64,000 nucleotides of DNA from Anolis carolinensis (lineage: Eukaryota), in the NCBI RefSeq assembly GCF_035594765.1, contig NC_085846.1:30677190-30741189 (forward strand), in the 5' to 3' direction. Both the position numbers and the translations under genes were made by a program. The first letter of the stretch is position 1. Every line of letters starts with the position of its first letter. This document shows positions 1-26,807 of this stretch, one piece after another. The notes below the pieces were generated by a model. The model did no database searches, was not told where the DNA came from, and was given only the letters and a program-made list of their open reading frames with translations.

Positions 1-334
1 CACCATGTCATTGCATATACCATAATGGGAATTTAACATCCTTTGATTTTGGTATGAATTGAGAGCACTGGAACCAAGCCTCAAGGCCTCATGGTACATA
101 TTTCCACGCAACAACCAACTTATGAGATGCTGAGATGCAATTACTGGCTCAAGGTGAGCTTCACGATTCAGTAAAGATTTGTACCCAGGCTCTCGTGTTC
201 AAGTTGGACACTCTACTCCAGCCTTCCCCAGATGTGCAAGGTCTAATAGGAATTGGGAATCCTAATCTAACCTGGAGGGCATCTGTAGGGGTTCTTATGT
301 GTCTTCAAATAATTTCTGTTTGAAAGCAATCCTA

Positions 335-515
335 AAGTGAATCTATTTCAGGGTTTTCTTTGCAGGATTTGTTTAGAAGAGGTTTGCCATTGCTTTCTCC
401 TCTGAGACTGAGAGAGTGTGACTTGATCAAGGTCACCCAGTTGGTTTCATGGCCAAGCAAGGATTCAAACTCTAGTATCCAGAATCATAGCCCAATACTC
501 AAACCACTGCACTGG
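335..515 (-). mobile_element. Old MIR/CORE-like SINE
   Basis: GAGAGTGTGACTTG..CAAGGTCACCCAG...GGATTCAAAC motif, recurring near 7200-7400, 7440-7620, 11190-11340, 18580-18730 and 52490-52670. Confidence 0.6.
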
Positions 516-625
516 TGGGATTTTTGGTGATTTCAGACCACACTAAAAATACATGATGGGACTGTAGTCCAACTGCATGGTGGCAATGGTTTAGAAATAC
601 TTTTTTATTGTGATCCCAGACACAC

Positions 626-784
626 CTCTTAAGTTCTGCCATCTCTTCTGCTTTGAGCTCAGCAATTTTTAACTCCAGCTCTTCCTCCTCTTTTGCTTCA
701 TCCTCATCTTCTTCCAGAGATTTTGATTCTTTCTTCTTGGGCTTTGGTTCTTCATCTCCTTCGCCTTCCTCTCCAGAACTCAAA
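626..784 (-). CDS. FTSJ3: FTSJ3 coding exon 11 (acidic region)
   Basis: [12 protein letters not shown]...[13 protein letters not shown]; donor AG|GTGTGT. Confidence 0.9.
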
Positions 785-3700
785 CTGAGAATAGAAACAG
801 ATAACTTAGATTTATTATTTGAAAGCATTCATACTCTTCTCATCAGCCCGAAAGACTCCCAGAGGACATTAGGTAGGAACAATAAAACCAAGCCATTCAT
901 AGTACACAAGCTGGCTATGGAAAAGGAAAGCAGGAAACAATGGGAAGAGGAAAACAAGCAAACATAGGCACCCATTTTTAAAGTTACAGAGCATTTCATG
1001 TAATTACATCACAACTTGGGGAAAAATGAACTCAAGGAATGACAATAATTAAATAAATGGCAATCTCATTTGCATGCTGAACACCTTGTCATCTAGTTGC
1101 CCCACAAGTTTAGAGTCTTACTTGATGTCAATTTCCTTCGCTTGATCTTTCAGTTTCTTCACCAGGAATCGCCTCAGCTTTGTTCTCCAGTTCAGCAGGG
1201 CCCTGGGCAAAATAAAGGAGATCATCAGACTCTGTGGCTATATGTCTATTTTGGAACAAATCCCTATTTGAGAGTTCTAGAGTTGCTAAGCACACACTTG
1301 GGACTGGACCTATACCTTGCTCACACCAATTTAAAGCCACCAACCTTACCTGAGTTCTTTGCGACCCAGAACACGGATGTCTTTACAACAATGGCGAACT
1401 TCCTCAGTGGTAGCACTATGATGCTCCAGCTCTTCACTGTCCAAGACAATCTAGGTGGCATGGGAAGAAAAATGGTTTTCTCGTTGCTTCAGGCAGCTAC
1501 CCAAAACTGTCAAGTAATTCAGCTGCCATTTCAACCAGTAAATAATTCAGTACACCTCTCCTCCCCCATCCAAACCCCCCACAGTCCAGTCCTCACCTCA
1601 CTGGCTTTAGCCAAGAAGTCCACAGGGTTGGCAGCTTTCAAGAAATCTGTCAGTGTGCAGCGCTTATAAAGGACCGTGGCACCATCTTCATATCCTTCTG
1701 CCTGTTCAAGAAAGGATGGGCGAAATGAAAATAGGAAAACATGCCTGGAAAGCGTAGGCTTGAACTTCATCACATTACTTACTGCAAATCTAAACTTCAT
1801 GCTCTCCCTTCTTTCAAACATTCTTGAAATCAAGGATATTTGATCCCCTTGACTCCTCTACTTCCCCAAAATCTTGGGACACCCTTAGGCTTCCTTTATG
1901 ATGCCCAAGTCAAGCCCTCGTGGTTACGGACAAAAGCATGGCCATTTACAACCAATGCTCAGTAGAAATACCCGAACAGAAACAAACACATTCTTCTATT
2001 GACTATACAGCAGTGGTTCTCAACCTGTGGGTCTCAACCTAACAGCAGGTAAACTGACTGGGATTTCTGGGAGTTGTAGGCCAAAACACCTGGGTACCCA
2101 CAGGTTGAGAACCATTGCTAAACGGCATCTTATGCCTTCCACTATTATTACTCTTGGTTTTAGTACAGTGGGGTTAGAAAACAGAAATCTTATGTTGCTA
2201 TAAGCTCTCTCAGAAGTACTAAATTTATCAAAAGTTCATACACTCTTTTCAAAATAAAAAGCCATTTTCTTAAATATGTTCTTCCCACTGACCTTTGGTT
2301 TCTTCTGGGAAACCAGTTCAGTTACAGATTTGGCTTGCACTTCCACTTCCTTGAAGGCAAACTTTGGGTCAAAGAACTTGCTGTCAATTTTATCTGGAGC
2401 CAAGTAGCCTAAAGAAGAGCAGTAGTGGAGAAGAATATCATTCATGGAATTCAATACACATAAAGTTTCAAGCAGTTCATTATTTCTTGTCTAAGAAAGA
2501 AGACACAAGTATTACGAGCAACAATCCCTGAATGAATACAACAGACAACTTGCATTTTGTTGTCAGGTCTTCTGATTAAAGTGAAGGCATCTCTCTTGTG
2601 CCTTCCAAGGACAAAAGGAACAATTTGCTAGGTCTTAAATTCTGTCTCTTTCTCTCTCTTGCATGCTTTAATTTGTGAAATGCAAATGTTCATTCATTCC
2701 TATCATGAGCTGTGATTTTTATACTCAGGTTGCAAATCCTGAAGCTGCTCAGTAGCAACACAGACATTTTCCGCATGCCAGCATCCTTTACATGTTCTGC
2801 AGCTGAGCCAAATTAGAGATGTAATGAACCTTCTTCTTGAAAAGAAGCAAAGACTAGTTTTAGCCATTTTCTTTCAACTGCAAGTAAGTATTTGAGAACC
2901 ATGGAAATTCTGAAACCAGTTCAGAATTTATTCTGCACGAAGTTTGCATGTAGTTTGTTTGCAGAAAAAATGGGAGCAGAAAATAATATTTCTCTATAGA
3001 AATATTACTTGAGGCAGAAAAAGCTATTGTCTGCACAAAGCAACCACATTCAAATTTTGCATGGTATGTCCTGAACTATGAAGATTATTTTCAGCCTAGA
3101 ATTCCTTCTATCAGGGTTTCCTAACATTTGAAAAAAACATATTTTATGAATTTCTGTATTTTGGTAAATATCCTACTCACCCTGACAGACCACAAAAATC
3201 TCTGCTGACTCATTACGGGAGGCTTGAGGCTTGGTTGCTTGCACTTTGCGAAAGAGCTGCTGGAAGATCCAGAGGAGGGGCTGGTAGTCTCGGGAACGGA
3301 AGACTTTGGTGATGAACCAGCCTCCCTTGGACAAAAAGTCACAGGCTAACTTGAGTGCAGACAGTGTAAGGTTGGCTGGTGAAGTAAAGGAGAAGAATGA
3401 ATGAATGAACATCATCAGGAAGTCAGCTGCGGTTGCTGAATTATGAATTGTTCTAAGCTACTTCTATGCACATGCCCCACCGACCCACCCACCCACCCCG
3501 TACTTTTGATTTAGGAATAAAATGTTCACCTACCTCAAAGGTTGATTGAAAAGGTCACAGGACCAATATATTTAAAACTTCTTTGGCACCCAAAAGCATC
3601 ATATTATTTCTAAACATTCTTACTATTTTGCAAGAAATAACTAAGTTTTAAGTCAATGTTACTTCTCCTGCCCACAGTACATCGCCCTGAAAGGATGGTC

Positions 3701-6700
3701 CTCTACCTTGTGAAAAAGCATCATGAACCCAGCTGGCTCCAACATTAGGAGCACCGTCATTCAGCACAACATCCACTTTCCATGTCTTCAGTTCCTTGCG
3801 TAGGGCCTGAGGAAAAACAAAAAGAAACTCAGGGCCCTTCTACACTGTCATATAATCCATATTATCAAAGCAGAGAATCCATATTATCTGCTTTGAACTG
3901 TATTGTATAAGTCTACACTACAATATAATACAGTTCAAATCAGATAATCTGGATTTAATATGGCAGTGCAGAAGAGACCACCAGACTGTGAAAGCAGGTC
4001 ACACCACTATGTGACATTCCTAAAGAAAAAAAATCCAAAGAAAAATTCATCAGTGACCCCATGGTACAAAATGAGACTGATGGTGATTGAGTAGTACATA
4101 TATGACCATGTGTAATTCGACCTCAAGTTAGTTTTAACATAGACTTTGGGGCCAAAATGATGGATTTTGATATGGCATTTTGATAAGTTGGGGATCATTC
4201 CATAAAGAAGGTAAAGCACCAATCATGCCTCACTGGGCCAGCCACCCCAGGTCACTGCCATTTACCTGCCCGGGCATTCAAATAGGCATTCCACCATGCT
4301 ATTCAGAGAAGGGAACAATTTATTTTTTTGATAATTGTTAATGTATAGAACCATCCCCTTCTTGGAGTAAAGCGGTGAAAGACAAGAACTTAGAATATCC
4401 CATGATCTAAAAGAAGTAGCAACCCCATCTACTTTCTTGGTATTTCTGAGAGAGTCAAAGAACTGCCATCATCCTCATGACCATTTTCAATGGGAATCCA
4501 AAAAGGCCAGAAGTGGGGACAATAAAGGGGTCGGTGCTTCTTTTAGGTTCTCCTAGGAGGGTCAAAGCTTTTGTTTTTTGCTATGGTACTTGTCTTTTTT
4601 AAACTATATTACAGTACTTATATTGACCCATGGATAAGCTGATGCAGTTTTTGGAGTTATTTTTTATTACGATTTCAAGAATTATGCATGAGTATATAGA
4701 GTACCCTGATCTGGAGTTCTTAGGCTGCTTGTGTTATCTGTTTTTACTACTATCTTAAACATAACTTCTGGGGAATGCATAACATAATCGTACTAACAAA
4801 TGCCTAGAGAGTTCATTTTCCTCCAGTTGTGTGTAAGTGAAATTATGTATATAGTTTCTGTGGTGACAAGACTGTTATTGTACATCATTTTTTAAAATGA
4901 TGTACCTGTTATCATGAACAAGAGGGGAAAGGGGAGGGAAAGCAAGAAAAAACAAACCAAGATAGAAGCAAAATTAATCACATCAGCATCAACATGCAGG
5001 TACTAAAAAAGAAGCAGTTACCTGGCGACACTTCTCTGTAGTGATGTCTTCCTGCATAGTTACTACATTAGGAATGGGCTTTATGGGAACCAGGTCAACT
5101 CCTGAAGAAAAACATTTGGGAAAGAGAGCATGGAGTGAACCATGTGGAGCATAGGAAGGAAGTTAAATCAAAACATAACCTCCTGCTCCCTGCATTTTGG
5201 AATGCAGTAGAATATATTATGAAGTGTCCTTAGATATAGACCTTTAGCGGCTCTTGCTTAATGATTCCCCTCTCACAGATTGCAACTTCATAAAACAATA
5301 TATAGATAACCTTTCAACTTTTCAGCCAGAGATTATTTTAACAAGACAGATCTATGATGTATCACACAACTGCACTTGTGGAACTGATGCTGCATATTAC
5401 ATATTACCATTTGTCCCATATCCTGTTCAGAAGAAAAATGGTACAGGATAGTGACTACAAGTCTATTTATAAAAAAATACCTACTTTATATTATTTTTTC
5501 TGGTATTAATAGCCCCAGGTAAGCCATCTACATTACACAATTATTGTGAGACTTACCAAAAATCAATCTATGCAGAGTTCTGAACACTCCAAATTGTTAA
5601 TGGCTACTCTTTTGCTGATTTCACCACCACTGCTGAAAGCCCACTGCTCTAACTCTAGACCAAGCCATGATGACTTGTTTAAAGTATCTAAACAACTACA
5701 AGCGGCAAAAAGCTGTTCTAGGCAGAATGCCTATGAAGATCAGTTGCTGGGGATTGCAGTGACAGGCCCTTCTACACTGCCATATAATCTAGTTCAAAGC
5801 AGATAATCTGGACTTTGGATGGCAGTGCAGAAGGGGCCACAGAGGACTGGGGCTTGTTCTGATAGTGTATTATCCTGAGCCATCTGATTTGCCACTGGGT
5901 TAAACAGCATGCATGGAATTAGAAAAATATGTGGTCCAATCCAGCAAAGCCCTTCCTATTTTCTTTTCTCCAGATAAGCCACTCCTCATTCTCTCACAAC
6001 TAGGTTACTCACCAACAATAAGACTGGACACGGGCATAAATTTTGAGGCCACTTGCAACCTGTTGGAAGAGGAAACCGAAACAGGTTTTGTTTGAGAATC
6101 CATGAATAAACAACAACATGCAAAAAGCATAATAGAATACCTAAGAACTCAATCTTTTCATTCTACATTCCTCAAAATCTTGCATGCTCTTAAAACTGCA
6201 CAGAAATGTGAATGCTAGTACCATATCAATGCATTAATAACTCAGAGATACATATGCTGTTATAGATTAAAATTAGCCTAAAGCCTCTACTAACAGCAGA
6301 AATACTTCTCTGTGGGCAAAATGTTCTTCTAATGGCTGATCCTAGGGATCTGCCAACAGAGAAATCTGCCAGCAGATGTTTTACCGGCTAAGATCTACCA
6401 GCAAAGAAGTCAGTGGGAGCAAAGAAGGGCAGAAACAAGGGAGAAGTTGCATTAGCTCAAGCTTCAGTTTAGCAACATAGCCTTTCAGCACAAACACAAG
6501 CCAAGGGTAATTTCTAATATCCATTGACTGATGAGTTTTATTCAGCACAACTATCTAAGGTAATATAGAGTCATGTACGTTGTATTGGAACCAAGACCAA
6601 GTGTGCAGTAATCTGCAATAATAGGGCTCTCTGTTCCCTTTACTGGTCACTAACCATCCTCCAGGAGCAGCACACAGATCCAGAAGTGCCCTGGATTTGG

Positions 6701-8172
6701 GAAGGAACTGGAATTTTCGGTTCAACTGGATGAGCTTGAAAGATGAACGGGAACGGAAACCTAGAAGAGGGGAAATGAGACACCAACACCAAGTACAATT
6801 AGAACTGTAGGACTGCAAGTTACAAAAGGCCCAACAGCTACTTAATCCAGGGTGCCTCAAAAGTAGTTATAGCTGTGTTCTGAAAGACTCTGATGCTCTA
6901 AAGAAGAGCTGAAGAGAATTCAAAGAAAATTAAGCCACAAAGTTGCTTAATTTTCAGATGTCCTGTATGCTTGTGATACAGAACCAATCACCCTGTTCCC
7001 TACTAAATTGTGGGAAATAGTACCCTAAGCGAGGACATCCCAGAGATCTTCACACTTAACCAGGTTGATATAAGATGATATAGTATTTCAAATAGTCTGG
7101 ACTAAAGCTACATAGGACTTTATAGGCCATAGTCAGCACTTTGAATTGTTGACAATATGTGAATTTTACAGAGAAAGGCTATCTTTGTTGATGGAGTGTG
7201 CCTTCCAAGTTGTTTCTGATTTATGGCAAAATGGTTATGATTTTCAGATATAAATTTGTTTAGAGGAGGTTTGCCTTTCTTGTGAGGATGAGATAATGTG
7301 ACTTGCCAGAGGTCACCTAGTGGGTTTTCACAGTTGAGCAGAGATTCAAATCTTGATGCCCTGGAATCCTAGTTCAACATTCAAACCACTACACTACAAT
7401 GGATCTCATAATACAATGTTGTAAAGGAGCCATATTGGTGTAGTGAGAGACCAGGTTCAAAACCCATTTACCCATAAAACCTACAAGGTGACCTTGGGCA
7501 AGTCACACACTCTCATCCTCAGAGGGTTGCAATGGCAAACTTGTGAACAAATCTTGTCCAGAAAACCCTGTGATAGGTTGCCACAGATTAGAAACAACTT
7601 GAAAATGCATAACAAGAGCAAGAAATTATGCTATTATTGTAATCTCCTTCCTCTGGGGTCTTACAGCCAGTCAGTTAGCTGCCTATTGCATCCAGCATGT
7701 GTATCTTGCTTATGTATTTATTTGCTATGTTTACATCCTGCCTTTTATCCAAGGGAATTGAGGAAACACAGGTCCATTCTACACTGTCATATAATCCATA
7801 TAATCCACATGATCCAGATGATCAAATCAGATAATCCACATTATCTGCTTTGAATTGGATTATATGAGTCTACACTGCCATATAATCTATCTCAAAGTAG
7901 ATTATCTGTCGCAGGAGCCACAGATTCCTCCTCCTCACTTTTACCTTTAACACAATCCAGTGGTAGATCCTATATAGGTAGGCAAGACAAAAACTGTTTG
8001 ACTAGCACATAATACCCAATGAGGTTTTGAGACCCTAACCCCCAAAGAAAGGAAACGTGGCTTCTTAAAATAATACCAGAAATGCTCCCAATCCCATTTC
8101 CTCACCTGTTTCTTTGGCCAAGTGATAGAACTTGTCCCTTCGGCTCTTTCCTACTTTGCCTTTCTTCCCCAT
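626..8172 (-). CDS. FTSJ3: Pre-rRNA 2'-O-ribose methyltransferase FTSJ3 (Spb1 homolog); coding exons 1-11, 3' part outside the window
   Basis: complement join: 8106-8172, 6655-6760, 6013-6059, 5022-5101, 3707-3806, 3181-3375, 2293-2408, 1597-1701, 1350-1450, 1122-1202, 626-784 (1157 nt). Translation [36 protein letters not shown]...DLCAAPGGW...[10 protein letters not shown]...ITKVFRS...[11 protein letters not shown]-binding motif and K-D-K-E catalytic tetrad present. All introns GT-AG and in phase. Confidence 0.97.
1122..1202 (-). CDS. FTSJ3: FTSJ3 coding exon 10
   Basis: [26 protein letters not shown]. Confidence 0.93.
1350..1450 (-). CDS. FTSJ3: FTSJ3 coding exon 9
   Basis: [33 protein letters not shown]. 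Confidence 0.93.
1597..1701 (-). CDS. FTSJ3: FTSJ3 coding exon 8
   Basis: [35 protein letters not shown]. Confidence 0.94.
2293..2408 (-). CDS. FTSJ3: FTSJ3 coding exon 7
   Basis: [39 protein letters not shown]. Confidence 0.95.
3181..3375 (-). CDS. FTSJ3: FTSJ3 coding exon 6
   Basis: [65 protein letters not shown]. Confidence 0.96.
3707..3806 (-). CDS. FTSJ3: FTSJ3 coding exon 5
   Basis: [33 protein letters not shown]. Confidence 0.95.
5022..5101 (-). CDS. FTSJ3: FTSJ3 coding exon 4
   Basis: [27 protein letters not shown]; tcag| and |GTAAC. Confidence 0.94.
6013..6059 (-). CDS. FTSJ3: FTSJ3 coding exon 3
   Basis: [15 protein letters not shown]; acag| and |GTGAGT. Confidence 0.94.
6655..6760 (-). 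CDS. FTSJ3: FTSJ3 coding exon 2
   Basis: [36 protein letters not shown]; ctag| and |GTTAGT. Confidence 0.95.
8106..8172 (-). CDS. FTSJ3: FTSJ3 coding exon 1
   Basis: [22 protein letters not shown], donor G|GTGAG. Confidence 0.95.
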
Positions 8173-8269
8173 CTTGGCAGAAGAGTCAGCCTCAAATGCT
8201 GAAGACCTACCACCAGGCAAACACGTGGGCAAAACTTCCTATGACCCTTCTCTCGACCCGTAGCCTATC

Positions 8270-8615
8270 CTCTTCCTGGTTCCGAACGTCACTGCCTCTG
8301 TAGCCATCTTGAGTGTGTCAGAGATTTTTCTCCGTCCCCTCCCCTCCCTTTTAGACTTTCATTTAAAACCTCCCAGGGGCACAAAGACCTGCACAATCAC
8401 TTAACTGAGAAATCAGAAAATAATGCTGTCATTTCACTATTCCATGGGCATCTTCTCAGATAAGAGATGTTTCAAATGTAAATACCCTACCAAGATGGCG
8501 GCGGTAGACTGTCAATTTTGCTTGTCATGTAAACGTCCGGCCTTAAAAGGCATGCGCAGTAGTTTTGCAACCAAAACCAAGAGACACAATTTATAGCAAT
8601 TCTTCCGGTTCCCAA
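8270..8615. promoter_or_regulatory. FTSJ3-proximal housekeeping promoter module
   Basis: YY1-like CAAGATGGC (8303-8311 on -, 8491-8502 on +), NRF1-like GGCATGCGCA (8549-8558), ETS CTTCCGGT (8602-8609), local CpG enrichment. Confidence 0.65.
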
Positions 8616-8643
8616 TCGTAAAAGGCTAGACTAGCTAAATAAT

Positions 8644-8678
<35 letters not shown>
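8644..8678. repeat. (AAC)n microsatellite
   Basis: About 11 AAC units. Confidence 0.95.
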
Positions 8679-8681
8679 ATA

Positions 8682-9004
8682 CAGTAGAATCTCACTTATC
8701 CAAGCTAAACGGGCCAGCAGAAGCTTGGATAAGCGAATATCTTGGATAATAAGGAGGGATTAAGGAAAAGCCTATTAAACATCAAATTAGGTTATGATTT
8801 TACAAATTAAGCACCAAAACGTCATGTTATACAACACATTTGACAGAAAACGTAGTTCAATACGCAGTAATGTTATGTTGTAATTGCTGTATTTACGAAT
8901 TTAGCACCAAAATATCATGATATATTGAAAACATTGACTACAAAAATGGCTTGGATAATCCAGAGGCTTGGATAAGCGAGGCTTGGATAAGTGAGACTCT
9001 ACTG
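8682..9004. mobile_element. Tc1/mariner-type MITE (family A)
   Basis: TIR CAGTAGA(A/G)TCTCACTTATCCAA at both ends, TA target-site duplication; further copies at 45618-45925, 54241-54548 and 62665-62984. Confidence 0.88.
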
Positions 9005-9140
9005 TACTTTACTTATATTCAACTCTATTTCCTCGAGGGGATTCAGAGCGGATTACAACATACATATATTGGCAAATATAAAGGCAAATATTCAATGCCT
9101 TGAATACAGTGGAATAACAATGACATACAATTACACTGAA

Positions 9141-9465
9141 CAAAGGTAAAGGCTTCCCCTTTCATCTCTAGCTTTCGGGAGGTGGTGCTCAACTCTGGCC
9201 ATGGAGAGGTGCTCTTGTTCCATTTCCAAGCCGAGAAGCCTATTGTCCACATTTCCTGGTTGTGTTGCCGGCATGGCTGCATGGGCGCCTTTATTACCTT
9301 CCCGCTAAAGCGGTACCTACTGATCTACTCACATGTGCATGTTTTCGAACTGCTAGGTTGGCAGGAGATAGGGATAACAGCAGGAGCCGACGGCTTTGAA
9401 CTGCCACCCTTTAGGTCAGCAAAATCAACAGTTCAGTGGTTTAATCCGTTGCGCCACCACGGCCC
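9141..9465 (-). mobile_element. Sauria SINE
   Basis: AAAGGTAAAGG tail, body similar to 54990-55305. Confidence 0.7.
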
Positions 9466-9471
9466 CTTGGT

Positions 9472-9810
9472 TGGTTGGTTCATCAGGTGCTCTGCTATGG
9501 CTGACTTCTCTGAACCTCCAAACTATCTGCAGACCCACTAAGAAAATTCAACAAATGCTACGTTCAGCAAAGGACAAGAGGGATCCTCTCACTTCTGCAG
9601 GAATCTACCATATACCATGCAGCTGTGGACAAGTCTAAATAGGGACCACCAAACGCAGCATTGTCCAAACATGAATCAAGAAACATGAAAGGCACTTTAG
9701 GCTAAGTCAACCAGAGAAGTCAGCTATAGCAGAGCATTTGATGAACCAACCTGGACACAGCATATTATTTGAGAATCCACTGAAATCCACAAGCATGTGG
9801 ACAATTTCAA
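9472..9810 (+). mobile_element. Penelope-like retroelement fragment, GIY-YIG endonuclease region (disrupted)
   Basis: RPTKKIQQMLRSAKDKRDPLTSAGIYHIPCSCGQV*IGTTKRS...EKSAIAEHL; 9472-9512 is an inverted copy of 9712-9751. Confidence 0.85.
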
Positions 9811-10137
9811 CTATTGTTGGTATTTATTTATTTGTCGTGTCAGAATCAAATTGATAGTAACACATCCGGGCTACATCTTTGTAGATGGCTGATTCTCTCA
9901 CACCAGAAGAGACTTGCAGTGACTATTGCTGTTGAAATTATATCAGACTTCTATAATTGTGCTGTGTAGAATCACTCACAAACCCCAAGAACCCATACTA
10001 AAATATGTAGGTTAAAAGTAGCAGGAGGGGTTTTTCTTCTTCTCTGCTGTGCCCACCCTTTTTTCTTTTTTAGGTTCGGCTCCATCTACACTGCTCTATA
10101 ATGTAACCTGAAACTGTATTATACTGTCAGTGTAGAT

Positions 10138-10527
10138 CAGGTATGGGCAAATTTCGGCCCTCTAGGTGTTTTGGACTTCAACTCCCACAATTCTTAACAG
10201 CCTAGTGGCTAGGTTGCTATAAACTTTCTGGGCTATATGACCATGTTCCAGAAGCATTCTCTCCTGACATTTCACCCACATAAATGGCAGGTATCTTCAG
10301 AAGTATAGGTCTGTTGGAAACTAGGCAAGGGAGGTATATATATCTGAGGAAGGTCCAGAGTGGGAGAAAGAATTCTTGTCTGTTGGAGGCATTGTGAATG
10401 TTGCAGTGAATAGTCTTGCAGCTTCAAAGTCTGGCTGCTTCCTGCTTAGAGGAAGCCCTACTGGTTGTTAGGAATTTTGGGAGTTGAAATCCAAAACATC
10501 TGGAGGGCTGATGTTTGCACATGCCTG
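10138..10527. mobile_element. hAT MITE (CAGGCATGGGCAAAC family) interrupted by a Penelope pLTR
   Basis: TIRs, TSD GTGTAGAT/GTGTAGTT; related copies near 23157-23280 and 32700-32813. Confidence 0.8.
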
Positions 10528-10629
10528 GTGTAGTTTCATATAATGCAGCTTAATTGCATTATATAAGTCTACACTGACTTCATTACATGGCAGTGTAGAT
10601 GGGGTTTGAGATACCTTGGAGAGTCTAAT

Positions 10630-10819
10630 TTGGAACCGGAAGTGTTGCGGCGAACAGTGTTGGTGAGGCAGTTCCCTAAAGAGGAAACTACACTGAAACG
10701 ATTTGCCCTTTTCAAGATCTTGTATCAGCCATATCGGTTACGGGCAAAAAAGCAGGAAGTTGTCGCTTTGGCGTTGCACATGCGCAGTCGTGCGGATGCG
10801 GATGCCGGCGAAGGGGAAA

Positions 10820-10830
<11 letters not shown>
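10630..10830 (+). promoter_or_regulatory. PSMC5 promoter module
   Basis: ETS/GABP ACCGGAAGTG (10635-10644), CAGGAAGT (10753-10760), NRF1-like TGCACATGCGCA (10775-10786), YY1 AAAATGGCGG overlapping the ATG; CpG-rich. Confidence 0.7.
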
Positions 10831-25691
<14,861 letters not shown>

Positions 25692-25783
25692 AAAGCAGCT
25701 GCTGCCCAATCCAGGTGTTTCGTGTCTCTGCAGGTCATACGTTTCTGCTGTAATATTTACACCCCTGTTCCCTTTTTCCTCTT

Positions 25784-25789
25784 ATTAAA
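25784..25789 (+). terminator. Likely PSMC5 polyadenylation signal (ATTAAA)
   Basis: ATTAAA about 95 nt after the stop codon; an AATAAA also overlaps the stop at 25687-25692. Confidence 0.5.
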
Positions 25790-26375
25790 ACTGAGTGTTA
25801 CTAGTCGTGACTCATGATTGTGAAGGGGGAGACATGTCTTTTTCTAGAATTCTAAATAACCTGAAGAGAGTAGATCGCACCTGATTTTGGAAATTAATCA
25901 GGGTCAGCCCTGGTTTATCCTTGAATGGGAGACAGCTAAGACATAGCAGGTGTTGTAGGTTAAGTTTCTGAGGTAAAGCCTTTCAAGTTAAGTTGCCTAA
26001 GCAAACTGAAATTTATGGAGTTGCCTTTAGTTAGCTGCCATCCTATGTGAAAATACCTCCTTTTTTGGCTGCCACCTAGAAAAGGAGCTGTTTAGGATGG
26101 TGGTGGTGGGGATGAGGGCAACGGAGAATCTTTTGGCCAGGTTTTGAGGCAAAAATCATCTGAAAATTGTGGCCCTAATGTTAAAAAAAATGGGGGAGGG
26201 GTTGAGACTGGCAGGGGATTTGGCAGCTGCAATTTTTCCCTTTGGAATTCCCAAAGAAACAACAGACATGATGTCTTGTATGTAACACATTGTGCTGATG
26301 GGTTTAAGTGTGAAATGCACCAACCCCCAGAGTCAGACATGACTGAACTTAACGTCAAGGGATACCTTTACCTAT

Positions 26376-26396
26376 ACACACACACACACACACACA
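26376..26396. repeat. (CA)n microsatellite
   Basis: About 10 CA units. Confidence 0.9.
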
Positions 26397-26801
26397 AAAT
26401 AGTTACTTGTATCAGCTCAACATAGGGGCATGGCAGAAGGAGGTACAAGATCCACGTATTGCAGAGAACTCGTACCCTTTACCCTTTACTTTATGATGGT
26501 TCTATATACACAATCTGTTTCATGCACAAGCCTATTAAAATATTGTGTATAAAATTACCTTCAGGCTATGCATTATAAGGTATCTATGAAACAAATGAAT
26601 TTTGTGTTGAGACTTGGGTCCCTCATCAAGATAACATTATAAATAGGTATACAAATACAGGTATTCAAAAATATGAACTCTAAAACACTCGTAAGAGCTT
26701 GAAAGGTTTCTCATCTCTCTCTGAGTAAAACATCAAGCGTACTCTTTTCTAGATGCTGGTGACAGATTAGATGACAACACAAGCTGATACTTAAGAATAT
26801 T

Positions 26802-26807
26802 TTTATT
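26802..26807 (-). terminator. Likely SMARCD2 polyadenylation signal (AATAAA)
   Basis: tttatt on + strand, about 930 nt past the SMARCD2 stop, at the end of a repeat-free 3' UTR-like stretch. Confidence 0.6.

Noticed and set aside
1097-1669. 190-aa plus-strand ORF
   Set aside because: Antisense to FTSJ3 exons 8-10 and their short introns, starts at TTG, no recognisable domain
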